DNA of 58,590 nucleotides, taken from assembly GCF_001194135.2 (NCBI RefSeq), contig NC_069009.1:1358396-1416985 (forward strand), given 5' to 3'. Under the pieces are notes generated by a model. It saw only the letters and a program-made list of their open reading frames with translations. It was not told the origin of the DNA and ran no database searches. Source of the stretch: Octopus bimaculoides (Eukaryota). The translations under genes were made by a program, and so were the position numbers. Below, one piece after another: positions 1 to 12,335 of this stretch. The first letter of the stretch is position 1; each line of letters starts with the position of its first letter.

Positions 1-381
1 AACTTGAAGATTCCACTCTCCCCACTTCTTAATTTTTTTCACTTTTTCCAGAAATTGTTTTTGCGAAATATGTAGAAAAATACAGAGATAATGATATGAT
101 TCTGATACATAATTAGGATAAAATCATTATTTAATGATTTATCAGTGGCCAGCAAACTAAAAATACCATATTGGTTAATTTATATTAAAATTATAATAAG
201 GGTGTTGAATGATTTTAACACCAGTCTGCTAGAAATAGACCCCAGATGGTCCATGAACCACTTAGATTATTACTGCAGTACACAAGGCCATAATATATAT
301 ATATATAATATTATTAGGGATAAAAATCCAAATTTACAGGTAAAAACTCAATTAATGAACCTTGGTTCTTTTCACTAAATC

Positions 382-413
<32 letters not shown>

Positions 414-423
414 TACACACACA

Positions 424-582
424 TATAACTAGCTTCTTACAGTTTCCATCTACCAAATCCACTCGCAAAGCTTTGGTCACTCCAAAGCTAGAATACAAAA
501 CACTTGAACAAGGAGCTGTGTAGTGGGACTGAACCTGAAACCATGTGGTTATAAAGCAAATTTCTTACCACACAGCCATGCT
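424..582 (-). mobile_element. SINE family D, 5' part
   Basis: Homology to the 37971 copy. Confidence 0.75.
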
Positions 583-819
583 TGTGCTTATATAACAGTT
601 CCTTCTTTTATCTTCATAAAAAAATGTTTTACCCTTTTCTCTGATGAATCTCTACTTTTCAAGTATCTTCTATAACTTGTATTTTCTCTCTTTTATTTCA
701 GAATATCAGATGACATTCTCATAAAAGAATCTTTTACATCAGATAATCATCCATGTTCAATAATTCTTTGAAGATTAAAAGGAAGTTGTTATACAGAAGA
801 GATTTCAATGGGACATATC

Positions 820-960
820 TAGCCCAAATATTCTACCTGTTATATTTTCAAACTGGCTAGGTCCAGCCTCTCACACCAACCCTGCAATATCATTCTAAAA
901 ATAAACAATCACATCATCAAAATCTCAAAGCTATGAGACAATGCAGGATTAATACAAAAC
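820..960 (+). repeat. Internal fragment of the piggyBac-type element upstream of the ZF1 ATG
   Basis: GCCCAAATATTCTAC...CAGCCTCTCACACC...CTCAAAGCTAT shared with the 47.7 and 48.0 kb copy. Confidence 0.55.
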
Positions 961-1180
961 AAAACAAATGACTGGCTGTTTAACCAACAAGTTAAACAAA
1001 CAATCAATTAGTTGGGTAGATAATTAATCAATTGTCTAATGATAAAGGAGCGGAACTGAACCATGCATGTGTTATTAATATTGGCATAATGACACTCACT
1101 AGACGATAAGATCAAACGGAAATATAGTGGTGAGAGAAGAAAAATTACAAGAAAAATGAATTTTGTGTGACACTTTGAAG

Positions 1181-2719
1181 ATGAGTAATTTTATTAAAGA
1201 GATGGCCAAAGGGACAGGAGAATCATTATACCACTGTAAAAAGTCCTATTCTCAAAAAGGAAACATTCCTACTCACAAACGTATTCATACACAGGAGAAA
1301 CCACATCACGGTGAAGCCTATGAGGAATCACTCCCTGCAAATAGTTCCTTAACTAATGACAAAAGACTGAATGCAGGAGAGAAAGCATATCACTGTGATA
1401 TCTGTAGAGAGTCATTCTCTCAAAATATTCACTTAACTGTACACAAACGCATTCATACTGGAGAGAAGCCACATCTTTGTGACATCTGTGGTTTCACTTT
1501 TGCTCAGAAAAACAATTTAATTTTTCACAAACGTACACATACAGGAGAAAAACCACATCGATGTGACATCTGTGGTAAATCGTTCTCTCAGAAAAGCAAC
1601 CTCACGACCCATAAACGCATACATACAGGAGAAAAGCCATATCGTTGTGATATCTGCGGTAAATCATTTTCTCAAAATGTTCAATTGACCAGACATAAAC
1701 ACATTCATACAGATGAAAAAGAACACCAGTGTGATATCTGTGGGAAGTCTTTCTCTCGACTTGGTCACTTAGCTAAACACAGATGTACTCATACAGGAGA
1801 GAAGCCATATCACTGTGATGTCTGTGGTTCACCATTCTCCCAAAAAAGTGAATTGACCGATCACAAACGCATTCATACAGGAGAGAAGCCATATCATTGT
1901 AATATCTGTGGGAAAGCAGTCTCTGTAAGCTGTAATTTGAGTAAACACAGATATATTCATGAGGTAGAGAAACGATATCACTGTGATATTTGTGGTAAAG
2001 CATTTGCCTTAAGCAGTAGGCTAATATCTCACAAGCGTATTCACACAGGAGAAAAGCCATATCATTGTGATATCTGTGGTAAGTCATTCTCTGAAAACGG
2101 CATCTTGACTGTGCACAAACGCATTCATACAGGAGAGAGACCATATCATTGTGATATCTGTGGTAAATCATTCTTACAAAATTATCACTTAACCGTTCAC
2201 AGACGCATTCACACTGGAGAAAAACTATATCGCTGCGATATCTGCGGTAAATCATTCTTCGAAGTGTACACCCTGACTGCTCACAAACGTATTCATACTG
2301 GGGAGAAGCCATATCAGTGTCATATCTGTGGTAAATCATTCTCTCTTCGTGGGGAACTAACTAAACACATACGTACACATACAGGAGAGAAGCCATATCA
2401 TTGTGATATCTGTGGTAAGTCATTCACTGTAAGCAGCCACTTAATTAAGCACAAACGCATTCACACAGGGGAGAAGCCATATCACTGTGATATCTGTGGA
2501 AAGTCATTCAGTGGAAGCAGTGACTTAATTAAGCACAAATACATTCATACAGGAGAGAAGCCATATCAGTGTGATATCTGTGGTAAATCATTCTCTCAGT
2601 CTGGTCACTTGATTACTCACAAACAGATTCACACAGGCAGTCCGCGTTTTCACTGTGACATTTGTGGTAAATCATTGTCTCGAAAGAGTCAGTTGACTAG
2701 ACATGTTTGTAAATGTTGA
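1181..2719 (+). CDS. ZF1: tandem C2H2 zinc-finger protein, 512 aa from first in-frame ATG; 15 C2H2 fingers, a terminal C2HC-type finger and 2 degenerate N-terminal fingers
   Basis: ORF 1163..2719 has repeated CxxC-x12-HxxxH units with TGEKPY linkers; first in-frame ATG at 1181. Confidence 0.93.
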   Translation: MSNFIKEMAKGTGESLYHCKKSYSQKGNIPTHKRIHTQEKPHHGEAYEESLPANSSLTNDKRLNAGEKAYHCDICRESFSQNIHLTVHKRIHTGEKPHLCDICGFTFAQKNNLIFHKRTHTGEKPHRCDICGKSFSQKSNLTTHKRIHTGEKPYRCDICGKSFSQNVQLTRHKHIHTDEKEHQCDICGKSFSRLGHLAKHRCTHTGEKPYHCDVCGSPFSQKSELTDHKRIHTGEKPYHCNICGKAVSVSCNLSKHRYIHEVEKRYHCDICGKAFALSSRLISHKRIHTGEKPYHCDICGKSFSENGILTVHKRIHTGERPYHCDICGKSFLQNYHLTVHRRIHTGEKLYRCDICGKSFFEVYTLTAHKRIHTGEKPYQCHICGKSFSLRGELTKHIRTHTGEKPYHCDICGKSFTVSSHLIKHKRIHTGEKPYHCDICGKSFSGSSDLIKHKYIHTGEKPYQCDICGKSFSQSGHLITHKQIHTGSPRFHCDICGKSLSRKSQLTRHVCKC

Positions 2720-2967
2720 CAAAAAAAGTTAACATAAATAAAATAAGCATTTAATTTTGCAATGAAAGTAAACAAACAAAGGTCGTTCTTTTTTAGAAGC
2801 GTTGAGATGTATTCTTGATGCATAATCACAGAGACATGAGTTCGAGTCTCATGGCTGGCCGGTAACATATTTTTCTGCAATGTATGGATAATTTATCCTG
2901 ATCACGCTATTTGTAGCATTATCACACGTTTGAGAAATAAATTTATTTCTGTATCTTACAAGTATTT

Positions 2968-3200
2968 AATTGTTTCAGTCCGTTTAGACTGTGGCCATGC
3001 TGGAGCACCACCTTGAAGAATTCTTACTTGAATGAATCGACACAAGTTCATACCATCTTTTTAAACACTTGTCCTACTGATATCTTTTGCCAAATCACTG
3101 AGTTACAGGGGTATAAACACACCAACACTGGTTTGCAATCAGTGGTGGGAGACAAACACACATACATATACCTGTGTGTGTATGTATATATATATATATA
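2968..3200 (-). mobile_element. SINE family D, degraded 3' part
   Basis: GACTGTGGCCATGCTGGAGCACC tail. Confidence 0.6.
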
Positions 3201-3276
3201 TATATAAAGAAGCACATCATGCATGTATATATATGTAAAGAAGCACATCATGTATATAGATATATATATATATGTG

Positions 3277-3398
3277 TTTATATAAGGGGCATTACTACAG
3301 AATAATGCCACACACTGGACTTCCCAAAATAAACACATTTGTTTATTTTGGGAAGTCCAGTGTGTGGCATTATTCTGTAGTACTGCCCCTTATATAAA
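3277..3398. repeat. Near-perfect 122-bp hairpin: 59-bp arms, 1 mismatch, 4-nt loop
   Basis: 3277-3335 is the reverse complement of 3340-3398. Confidence 0.9.
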
Positions 3399-3868
3399 TA
3401 TAAATGAATAATTATATTCTTGGGAATAGAAACTTCCCTTATGAATTTTTTTACACACTAGCTTCCTGATAAAATTCTTGTAAAAGATTTTTATCCTTTT
3501 TTGAATTTATTAATCATATATATATATATATGTGTATGTATGTATGTAAAGAAGCACATATATATATATATATATAGCGGAAGAGACTTGTCCATGGTGC
3601 CACGCAATGGGACTGAACCCAGAACTGTGTGGTTATAAAGCAAACTTCTTATCACAGAGTCACACTTGTGTGGTAAAATTTGTGAATGATCATCAACAGT
3701 GTTTCTAATAAAACTTCTTTTAATATTTCTGCCATACAAGACATAACTGCATTTTCTCAATGTTTTGTCATGTCGCTTGTGGGACCTAGAATTGTGACAG
3801 GGTTTGGTTCTGAACCCCTTGTTCTTGTTGTATTTTGTTTTTTAATCTGAAATTGAAATAAAGTTAAT

Positions 3869-4066
3869 AAACAAATATTTGTTCTTTTATTGGAAGCATC
3901 GAAAATATGTATTGTACAATACAAATAGGATGATATTTTTTCAAATGCTGAGTTGCCATTAGAACAGCAGAAATACTGGATAAATTAGCCTCACAAGGAA
4001 ACTCAGCATTCAAAAAATATCAACTCCTTATTTCGATGCTTCTAATAATAGAACAAATATTTGTTT
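3869..4066. repeat. Imperfect AT-rich palindrome of about 200 bp, MITE-like
   Basis: AAACAAATATTTGTTCT..GAAGCATCGAAA and GATATTTTTT..AATGCTGAGTT are mirrored. Confidence 0.7.
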
Positions 4067-4391
4067 GTTTACATTTATAGACACAGAACTGTTCTATAAA
4101 GCTAAAGTATTTAGTGTCTAAATTCAGCCATGAATTTGTCAGTGGGCAGTTTAGCTTATTGGTAAAGCACTCTGCTAGTCTTTGAAGGATATGGCTTCAA
4201 ATCTCGTGGCTGGTTGTTGACAAATTTTTCTGCCTTATAAGGGTTCTTGCTGTTCTAACAGCAACTCTGTGTTAAAAAAAATATATTCTTATTTGTATCA
4301 CAAAATAAAGTTGTTTTACTCTTTAAATTATCCTCGTGTCATTTTATATGTAGATTATATCCAACCACAACTTGTACTAGTGACACAGACA

Positions 4392-4749
4392 TGTTGTTGG
4401 CACTCCGTCGCTTATGACGTCGAGGGTTCCAGTTCACCCAATCAACGGAACAGCCTGCTCGTGAAATTAACGTGCAAGTGGCTGAGCACTCCACAGACAC
4501 GTGTACCCTTAACATAGTTCTCGGGGAGATTCAGTGTGACAAGGCTGACTCTTTGAATTACAGGCACAACAGAAACAGGAAGTAAGAGTGAGAGAAAGTT
4601 GTGGTGAAAGAGTACAGCAGGGTTCGCCACCATCCCCTGCCGGAGCCTCGTGGAGCTTTAGGTGTTTTCGCTCAATAAACACTCACAACGCCCAGTCTCG
4701 GTATCGAAACCGCGAGTCTGCTGCCCTAACCACTGGGCCATTGCGCCTC
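4392..4749 (-). mobile_element. tRNA-headed SINE family A
   Basis: A box TGGCCCAGTGG, B box GGTTTCGATAC, (CAA)n tail; many near-identical copies in the window. Confidence 0.85.
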
Positions 4750-4767
4750 TACCCTTGTAATGAGCCA

Positions 4768-5212
4768 CAAACCTCTTATTTTTGCTCAGAAGAAAAAGGG
4801 TGGATGGGAAACAGTACCCCCATTATCCCAGAATCATTGGAAATTTTATTTTTTTCATTGAATGAATTACGGTGACCTCCTGATGTGCCACGAAACACTT
4901 TTTTTTGGTCCAAAAAGCGGGTGTGGTGGGTGCAACCCTCAGAAATTTCATACACGTTTTTTTTTCTTTTTTTTTATTCTCAGTGAAAATCGTGCGGATG
5001 TACTTACCAATGGCAGTGAGGGTGAAATTTCCGACGGTTCCACCCCATCCTACCCCGTTTCCGAACCAAAAAAATGGTCTTTTGGCACATTAGGAGGTCA
5101 CAGTAATTCATTCAACGAAAAGATAAAATTTCCAATGCTTCCAGGATAGCCGGAGAGGGGGGGCTCCATCCCCACTGAACCCCCACTTTTCCGAACAAAA
5201 ACAAGGGGTTTA
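4768..5212. repeat. Old foldback element with imperfect arms of about 185 bp; one arm recurs at about 31995-32190
   Basis: GAATGAATTAC.GTGACCTCCT.AT.TGCCA core inverted at 4860 and 5100, and present at 32100. Confidence 0.65.
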
Positions 5213-6397
5213 AAGCACATTAGGAGGTCAGGGTACTTGAATCCACGCAAAAAATCCGAGCTCTTCTTTTTTTATTTCTTAATGAAAATCGTACGGGTGA
5301 AAGTATCGAAACTTACCAAAAATTTTAAACGAAATTTAAGCAGCCGACGCCAAGCGTGGCTTTCTTAGTAATAATAATTTTTTCAAATCTTGGTACAAGG
5401 CCAGCAACTTTCGGGAGAGGGAGTTAGTCGATTGCATCGACCTCAGTACTTGATTGGGGCAGTCTTTCGGTATTAGTAGACGGTGTCATCCACCCACACA
5501 ACAAATAGACAACTTAGCCTCTTCGTCGACATCTCATGACATGGATAAAGAGACTAAACCGAAAAAGCGGGTGAATGACTTCGTCTGTTTATACCAAAAA
5601 AAATTGCCTTTAACTGGTGCCTTATTTTATTGATCTCTAAAGAACGAAAGACAAAGTCGTCCTCGGTAGAATTTGAACACAAAACTTGAAGCTCAATAAT
5701 GTTTTTCCTCACCACGTAAAATGCAGTGGGAAAAGAACTCATTTTTACGGGAGGTAAAGAAGTGTTTGAATGAAGAGTTACTCCCCACAATATTTTCTCT
5801 TCATTCATTCCTTATTATTGTTTGATGTCCTTTTTTAATATATATAATGGATCACATCTACGTAACAGCGGAGATTTTAATTAAATGGACATTATTGCTT
5901 AATCAAGTACGTAAAGAAATAGCTACATTCCCTGCTATTATTCGATCCACATATATAAATTTATTGAGTCGTATCTACTTCACAACGGATATTTAGCGGA
6001 GTTCTAATTAAAAGTACATGATTGCTAATTAACTGCGAAAAGAAATTCGTGACAACATTCTTTATTACATTGATCTGAAAATGTAAATCAACGTCTATTG
6101 TAAAACTTAGTTCTTATGAAGCTGTCATTGTGTGGCTTGTCTTAATTTCTGATTATATGAACATATTGTGCACAATCTTCCCCCTTGTTGGAACTATAGT
6201 AATAAGTAAGTATTGTTATAATATACATCTACATTGCATGTGTCGTTTTACGAATATCTCTCAATGTTGGAGTGAACAGTGTGATGATCGTCCAAGATAT
6301 ACAAAAACACCTAAATCTCATAAAACTGATACACACGTACACAAACGAACAAACCGTTTCAGTCTCTAAGACCAAAACAATAATACAAGTTCCATAT

Positions 6398-6510
6398 AAG
6401 GCAGTAAGCTGGCAAAATGTTCAGCGGTATTTCGTTTGTTGTTACGTTCTTAGTTCAAATTCCATCGTAGTCGACTTTGCCTTTCATCCTTTCGGGGTCG
6501 ATAAAATAAG
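6398..6510 (+). mobile_element. SINE family E fragment (tRNA-like head); further fragments at about 7404-7578, 12260-12335, 17640-17785, 43745-43870 and 57890-58030 (all minus)
   Basis: Shared GAGTTCAAATTC...GTCGACTTTGCCTTTCATCC...GATAAA motif. Confidence 0.7.
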
Positions 6511-6575
6511 GGCATCCCTCATTTTTTTTTTTTCGAAATTTCAAGTTTCATTTTGTCAGTATGTATGTGTATGGT

Positions 6576-6900
6576 GGAGGCGCAATGGCCCATTGGTTAG
6601 GGCAACGGACTCGCGGTCATAGTATCGCGGTTTCGATTCCCAGACCTGGCGTTGTGAATGTTTATTGAGCGAAAACACCTAAAAGCTTCAAGAGGCTCCG
6701 GCAGGGGATGGTGGCGAACCCTGCTGTACTCTTTCACCACAACTTTCTCTCACTCTTACTTCCTGTTTCTGTTGTGCCTGTAATTCAAAGGGTCAGCCTT
6801 GTCACACTGTGTCACGCTGAATCTCCCCGAGAACTACGTTAAGGGTACACAGCAGGCTGTTCCGTAGATCGGATCAACTGGAACCCTCGACGTCGTAAGC
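6576..6900 (+). mobile_element. SINE family A with internal deletion
   Basis: Shared head and body. Confidence 0.85.
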
Positions 6901-7360
6901 GTATGTGTATGAGTCCACCAAGTTTGACCCTCTCCGTGACCTTCATTACCTGATCCAACAACTTCATACCTCTGTAATTATTTGGATCTAAAGCGTCACT
7001 TTTACCTTTGTAGCAGTTGACTATGGTGCTGCTACATCAGTCATTGGGTATGACTCCTTCATGTATCACCTGGTTAACTACACGGGTGACTAGGCTATAG
7101 CCGACACCGCCAGATATTTTGAGCATCTCTGCGATGATTTCTGATGGGCCCGGGGCTTTCCCTGTCTTCATACTCTCAATTGCTTTATCTACCAAGGTAC
7201 TGTCAATTCGGATAGCTGGTCCCTCTAATGGGTCGACATTCGGCAGACTCTCTTTCTCCCATTCATTCTCTTTATTGAGCAACCTTTCATAGTGGCGTCT
7301 CCAAACCTCTCTCTTCGCTGCCTCGTCTAGTGCAAGTGAACCATCATCCATGCGGACACA
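6901..7360 (-). mobile_element. RTE-like non-LTR retrotransposon (LINE) ORF fragment: linker and start of reverse transcriptase
   Basis: REVWRRHYERLLN...MKTGKAPGPSEIIAEMLK...IPND*CSSTIVNCYKGKSDALDPNNYRG matches the GKAPG and YKGKGD..NYRGI pre-RT motifs; contains stops. Confidence 0.85.
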
Positions 7361-7746
7361 TTTTGATTTCAAATTTTGGCACAACACCTGCAGTTTCAGG
7401 GAAGAGGCTAAGTCAGTTGCCTCAACCCCAGTGCTCATCTGGTAGTTATTTTACCGACCCCTAAAGGATAAAAAGCAAATTCGACCCTAGTAGAATTCGA
7501 ACTCAGAACGTAAAGACAGATGAAATACTGCTAAGCATTTTGCTCAGCGTGCTAATAATTCTGCCAGCTCGCAGCCTTAGTGTAGTGTAAATAATGCTTT
7601 ACTAATCAGTGAAGAAGTTTCTGGTTATTACTAAGACTGAATAATTAAACTAACTTAACTAAGGTGCAGACATGGCTTCTCAACCACATGGTTCCAGGTT
7701 CAGTCCCACTGCTTGGCACCTTGGACAAGTGTCTTCTACTATATAC

Positions 7747-7799
<53 letters not shown>

Positions 7800-8077
7800 C
7801 ACACATATATATATATATATATATGTTGTACTTAGAGATGGTCATATTGCCAGTTTAGCCAATAAAAACACACGCACTGTATATTTGGTGTTAATTTGCT
7901 TCAGCTTTATATTACATTAATCTTATTTCGGCCAGAGTTCTTTCGTCACACTTCTGTGACCTCATCAGTGGTCCTTTGTTTTCTTCTTTCTTATGTGTGT
8001 CTCACCTTGCTAACTATCAGCCATTTTGTATTGAAAACAAATATATAATGAAAACAAATATATATATATATATATAT

Positions 8078-8469
8078 NNNNNNNNNNNNNNNNNNNNNNN
8101 NNNNNNNNNNNNNNNNNNNNNNNNNNNNNNNNNNNNNNNNNNNNNNNNNNNNNNNNNNNNNNNNNNNNNNNNNNNNNNNNNNNNNNNNNNNNNNNNNNNN
8201 NNNNNNNNNNNNNNNNNNNNNNNNNNNNNNNNNNNNNNNNNNNNNNNNNNNNNNNNNNNNNNNNNNNNNNNNNNNNNNNNNNNNNNNNNNNNNNNNNNNN
8301 NNNNNNNNNNNNNNNNNNNNNNNNNNNNNNNNNNNNNNNNNNNNNNNNNNNNNNNNNNNNNNNNNNNNNNNNNNNNNNNNNNNNNNNNNNNNNNNNNNNN
8401 NNNNNNNNNNNNNNNNNNNNNNNNNNNNNNNNNNNNNNNNNNNNNNNNNNNNNNNNNNNNNNNNNNNNN
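8078..8469. other. Assembly gap (N run) flanked by (TA)n
   Basis: Direct. Confidence 1.
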
Positions 8470-9103
8470 TATATATATATATATCTAGGGAGTTCAAATG
8501 TTTGGTATATATCTTTAGCAAAGTAACCATTTTAGAAGAAATATAATTAAAAACCCCCTATTGAATCTTTCGTTATTTAGTATCCTCCATATCTTACATT
8601 CTTGTTTCTCTTTTATTTCAGAATATCAGATGAGATTGGCATTAAAGAATTTCTCTTACATCAAATAACATCATCAATATTGAGCGCCTATTAAAGACTA
8701 AAAGAAGTTCTATTGAACAGGTGTAAACCTATTTATATAGATCTATGTTATGCATCACTGTAGAATATTTGCCCAAGACTGAAATTAATGGCAGAATTTC
8801 CCTTTTCATTTTTTTGGAGTGTGTACAAGATGCATGCCCATCGCTAAGGGGGTGCACTTGATGGCACTGCCTTCTCACTATTCAATTATGCACTCTCAGA
8901 TTTAGAAAATACAGTTTGCTAAAATTTTTTAAATAGTGCACTTCCAGAATATTTTGAAGCACCCCCAGGTACCGAGGTCTGGTGACAAGCCTGATGAAAT
9001 AGTTCTGCATGGTGTTTGAATTTGGGTTACGAAAGAGTGTGCTAAGATTGCAAAAAATAAAAGGAAAATATATGTATTGTGGCCAAAAGCAAAATACTGG
9101 AAA

Positions 9104-10117
9104 ATGAATTGCGAGAACAAGGTTGAATGCTCAGTGCAGTGTAAAAATATTGACATTCCTGATGATGTTGAGAAAGAGGAAGGAAAATCATTGTTATACC
9201 CTTGTGATATCTGTGGTAAATCATTCTCTCAAAAAATAAACTTAACTACGCACAGACGTATTCATACAGGAGAGAAACTACACCACTGTGACATCTGTGG
9301 TAAATCATTCTCTCAGAATATTCACTTAACTAGGCATAAATATGTTCACACTGGAGAGAAACCATATTATTGTGATATCTGTGGTAAATCGTTTTCTCAG
9401 AATGTTCACTTAACCAGTCATAAGCGTATTCATACAGGAGAGAAACCGTATCACTGTGAAATCTGTGATAAATCATTTTCTCAAATAAGTTGCTTAACTA
9501 GACACAAACTCATTCATACGGGGGAAAAACCATTTCATTGTGATGTCTGCAGTAAATCATTCTCTCAAATAAATTATTTAACTCGACATAAGCACATTCA
9601 CACAGGAGAGAAGCCATATCACTGTGATATCTGTGGAAAGTCCTTCTCTCAAATAAATCACTTGAATACACATCAACGCATTCACACAGGTGAGAAACCA
9701 TATTACTGCGATATCTGTGGTAAATCATTCTCTCAAAAAGATAGCATAAATATCCACAAGCGAATTCATACAGGAGAGAAACCCTATCACTGTGATATCT
9801 GTGGCAAATCATTTGCGCAAAGTAGTGATTTAACCAAGCACAAGCGTATTCATACTGGAGAAAAGCCATACCATTGCGATATCTGTGGTAAACCATTCTC
9901 TCAGAAAGATAACCTGAGTACTCACAAACTTATTCATACAGGAGAGAAACCATATCATTGTGATATCTGTGGTAAATCGTTCTCCAAGAAGGTTGTCTTA
10001 GTTACTCACGAACGTATTCATACAGGAGAGAAACCATACCACTGTGATCTTTGTGGTAAATCGTTTTCTCAAAAAAGCAACTTATCTAGACATGTGGATA
10101 TTCACACCAAACAGTAA
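9104..10117 (+). CDS. ZF2: tandem C2H2 zinc-finger protein, 337 aa, 11 fingers
   Basis: ORF 9077..10117; first ATG at 9104; canonical fingers and linkers. Confidence 0.93.
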   Translation: MNCENKVECSVQCKNIDIPDDVEKEEGKSLLYPCDICGKSFSQKINLTTHRRIHTGEKLHHCDICGKSFSQNIHLTRHKYVHTGEKPYYCDICGKSFSQNVHLTSHKRIHTGEKPYHCEICDKSFSQISCLTRHKLIHTGEKPFHCDVCSKSFSQINYLTRHKHIHTGEKPYHCDICGKSFSQINHLNTHQRIHTGEKPYYCDICGKSFSQKDSINIHKRIHTGEKPYHCDICGKSFAQSSDLTKHKRIHTGEKPYHCDICGKPFSQKDNLSTHKLIHTGEKPYHCDICGKSFSKKVVLVTHERIHTGEKPYHCDLCGKSFSQKSNLSRHVDIHTKQ

Positions 10118-10119
10118 TT

Positions 10120-10475
10120 GTGAAGGCACATGGCTTAGTGGATAAGGGTATTCAGCTCATGATTGGAAGGTCACGAGTTCAATTCCTGGCAGCATGTTGT
10201 GTCCTTCAGCAAGACACTTATTTCACGTTTCTCCAATCCACTCAGCTGGCAAAAATGAGTAGTACCTGTATTTCAAAGGGCCAGCCTTGTCACACTCTAT
10301 GTCACACTGAATCTGATTTTGGCTCCAGCATGGCCGCAGTCAAATGACTGAAACAAGTAAAAGAGAGAGTAAAGAGTATAACTGTGGAGTACTCAGCCAT
10401 CTGCATGTTAATTTCATGAGCAGGCTATTCCATTGATTAGATCAACAGCAACCCTTTTCATCATAACCAGTTGAA
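10120..10475 (+). mobile_element. Older SINE related to family A, directly after the ZF2 stop, with a nested SINE-D tail fragment
   Basis: TGGCTTAGTGG and GAGTTCAATTCC boxes; shares the CAAAGGG.CAGCCTTGTCACAC body. Confidence 0.7.
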
Positions 10476-10603
10476 TACCAGTTGTAAGGTGGGGTTGTAT
10501 TAAGTACACTGCAACATATTTACTACTTAATTATTTGTTGAATAAATTTGTTTTCTTTATTCTCATTGGTTCGACTTGTAATTTCATGAATATTGATACC
10601 TTT

Positions 10604-10960
10604 ATCATCATCATCGTTTAACGTCCGCTTTCCATGCTAGCATGGGTTGGACGCTTTGACTGAGGACTGGCGAACCAGATGGCTACACCAGGCTCCAATC
10701 TGATTTGGCAGAGTTTCTACAGCTAGATGCCCTTCCTAATGCCAACCACTCAGAGAGTGTAGTAGGTGCTTTTACGTGCCACCAGCACGAAGGCCAGTCA
10801 GGCAGTACTGGCAACGGCCATGCTCAAAATGGTGTATTTTATGTGCCACCAGCACAAGAGCCATTCCGGGGGCACTGGCAACGATCTCGCTCGAAAGTCC
10901 TTACACATGCTGCGGGCACAAGTGCCAGAAAGAGGACGCTGGGCACAGGTGCCATCCCGA
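10604..10960 (-). mobile_element. Retroelement family B (RTE-like 3' end, (GAT)n tail)
   Basis: AGGAAGGGCATC core; CCATGCTAGCATGG; homologous to 14071-14285. Confidence 0.75.
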
Positions 10961-10964
10961 TTTC

Positions 10965-11266
10965 GAAGGCCGATCTCAAAATGCTAAGCCTTACAAAGGA
11001 GATGACAGGGAACCAAGATATGTGGTGTATTGCTGTATTTGCGAAGATCTCACCATAACAGAATTGTGATCCTAAAACCAAGGTACCATGTAAAAAGTAC
11101 CCAGTACACTCTGGAGTGGTTAACATTAGTTAGGAAGGGCATCCAGCTGCAGAAACCAACCAAAACAGACCATGGAACCTGGTGCAGCTCTAAGCTTTTA
11201 CATGTTCCTGTCAAGCCATCTAACCCATACCAGCATAAAAACAGACGTTAAAGAATGATGATGATG
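10965..11266 (+). mobile_element. Retroelement family C (older relative of B), free-standing copy
   Basis: Starts GAAGGCCGATCTCAAAAT, ends (GAT)n; homologous to 23903-24233. Confidence 0.7.
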
Positions 11267-11289
11267 TACAAAATAAACAAAACATTATG

Positions 11290-11510
11290 ATGTGACAAGG
11301 CTGACCCTTTGAATTACAGGCACAACAGAAACAGGAAGAAAGAGTGAGAGAAAATTGTGGCGAAAGAGTACAGCAGGATTCGCCACCATCCCCAGCTGGA
11401 GCCTCGTGGAGCATTAGGTGTTTCCGCTCAATAAACACTCACAACGCCCGGTCTGGGAATCGAAACCGCGATCCTATGACCGCGAGTCGGCTGCCCTAAC
11501 CACTGGGCCA
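11290..11510 (-). mobile_element. SINE family A, 3'-truncated
   Basis: Shared head and body. Confidence 0.85.
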
Positions 11511-12335
11511 AATGGTTGAAACAAGTAAAAGAATATATATTCATTCCGTTTTCCTGTAATTATCCTTTTAACTTGATAAACCGTATTCTCTTGTTTTATA
11601 ATTAATAAAATAACTCTTTTAACGTGAGGTAAATAAAACTTAAATTTAGAGTTACTCCCCCTTGACAATCGCCAAACTTTTCCACAAATCTTCCTTCTTA
11701 TTGTCTGATCCACGTGTATATTACCGGGTCCCATCTACTTCACAACGATATTTAGCTGAGCTGTAATTAAATATACGTGACTGCTAACTAACTGTATAAA
11801 GAAATTAGCCACAACATTCTTTATGTTGATCTCAAACTGTATGTCAACATTTATGACGAAATCTAGAGAGCTGCCAAAGTCTACCTTGGCTTAAATTCTG
11901 GTTTCTTGAACATATCGCGACACATCTTCTTTGTTTGATCTACATTCATGTGTTTGTAAGTAATATCTACATAAATATCTGTATTGTATACGTGTTATTT
12001 TGTGTACATCTCTTTGTTTTGATCCGTTCAGTGAGACAAATGCAAAGCAACGAAAGAAAACTGAGTAGAAATTTAAGAAAATAAGGGTGTTGTCTTTATT
12101 TATCTATGCTACGAGTTCATGTGTATATTATAATGAATTGAAAAACTTAGATTAACTGAGATTATCTATTGTTGTCTTAATACGTTTTTTTTTTGTTTCG
12201 TTTTCCGTTTATTGCTCCTTTCCAATTTTTTTTTATTCTTTCCGTTTTATCGGTTTGAGATTTGGGCACAATGCCAGTAATTTCGGGGGAGGGAGGAATT
12301 AAGTCGATTACATGGAACCTAGTGCTTAACTGGTA

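Noticed and set aside
1400-2700. Regular 84-bp periodicity with conserved and variable parts, superficially CRISPR-like
   Set aside because: It is the protein-coding finger repeat in a eukaryotic locus; no cas genes or true spacers
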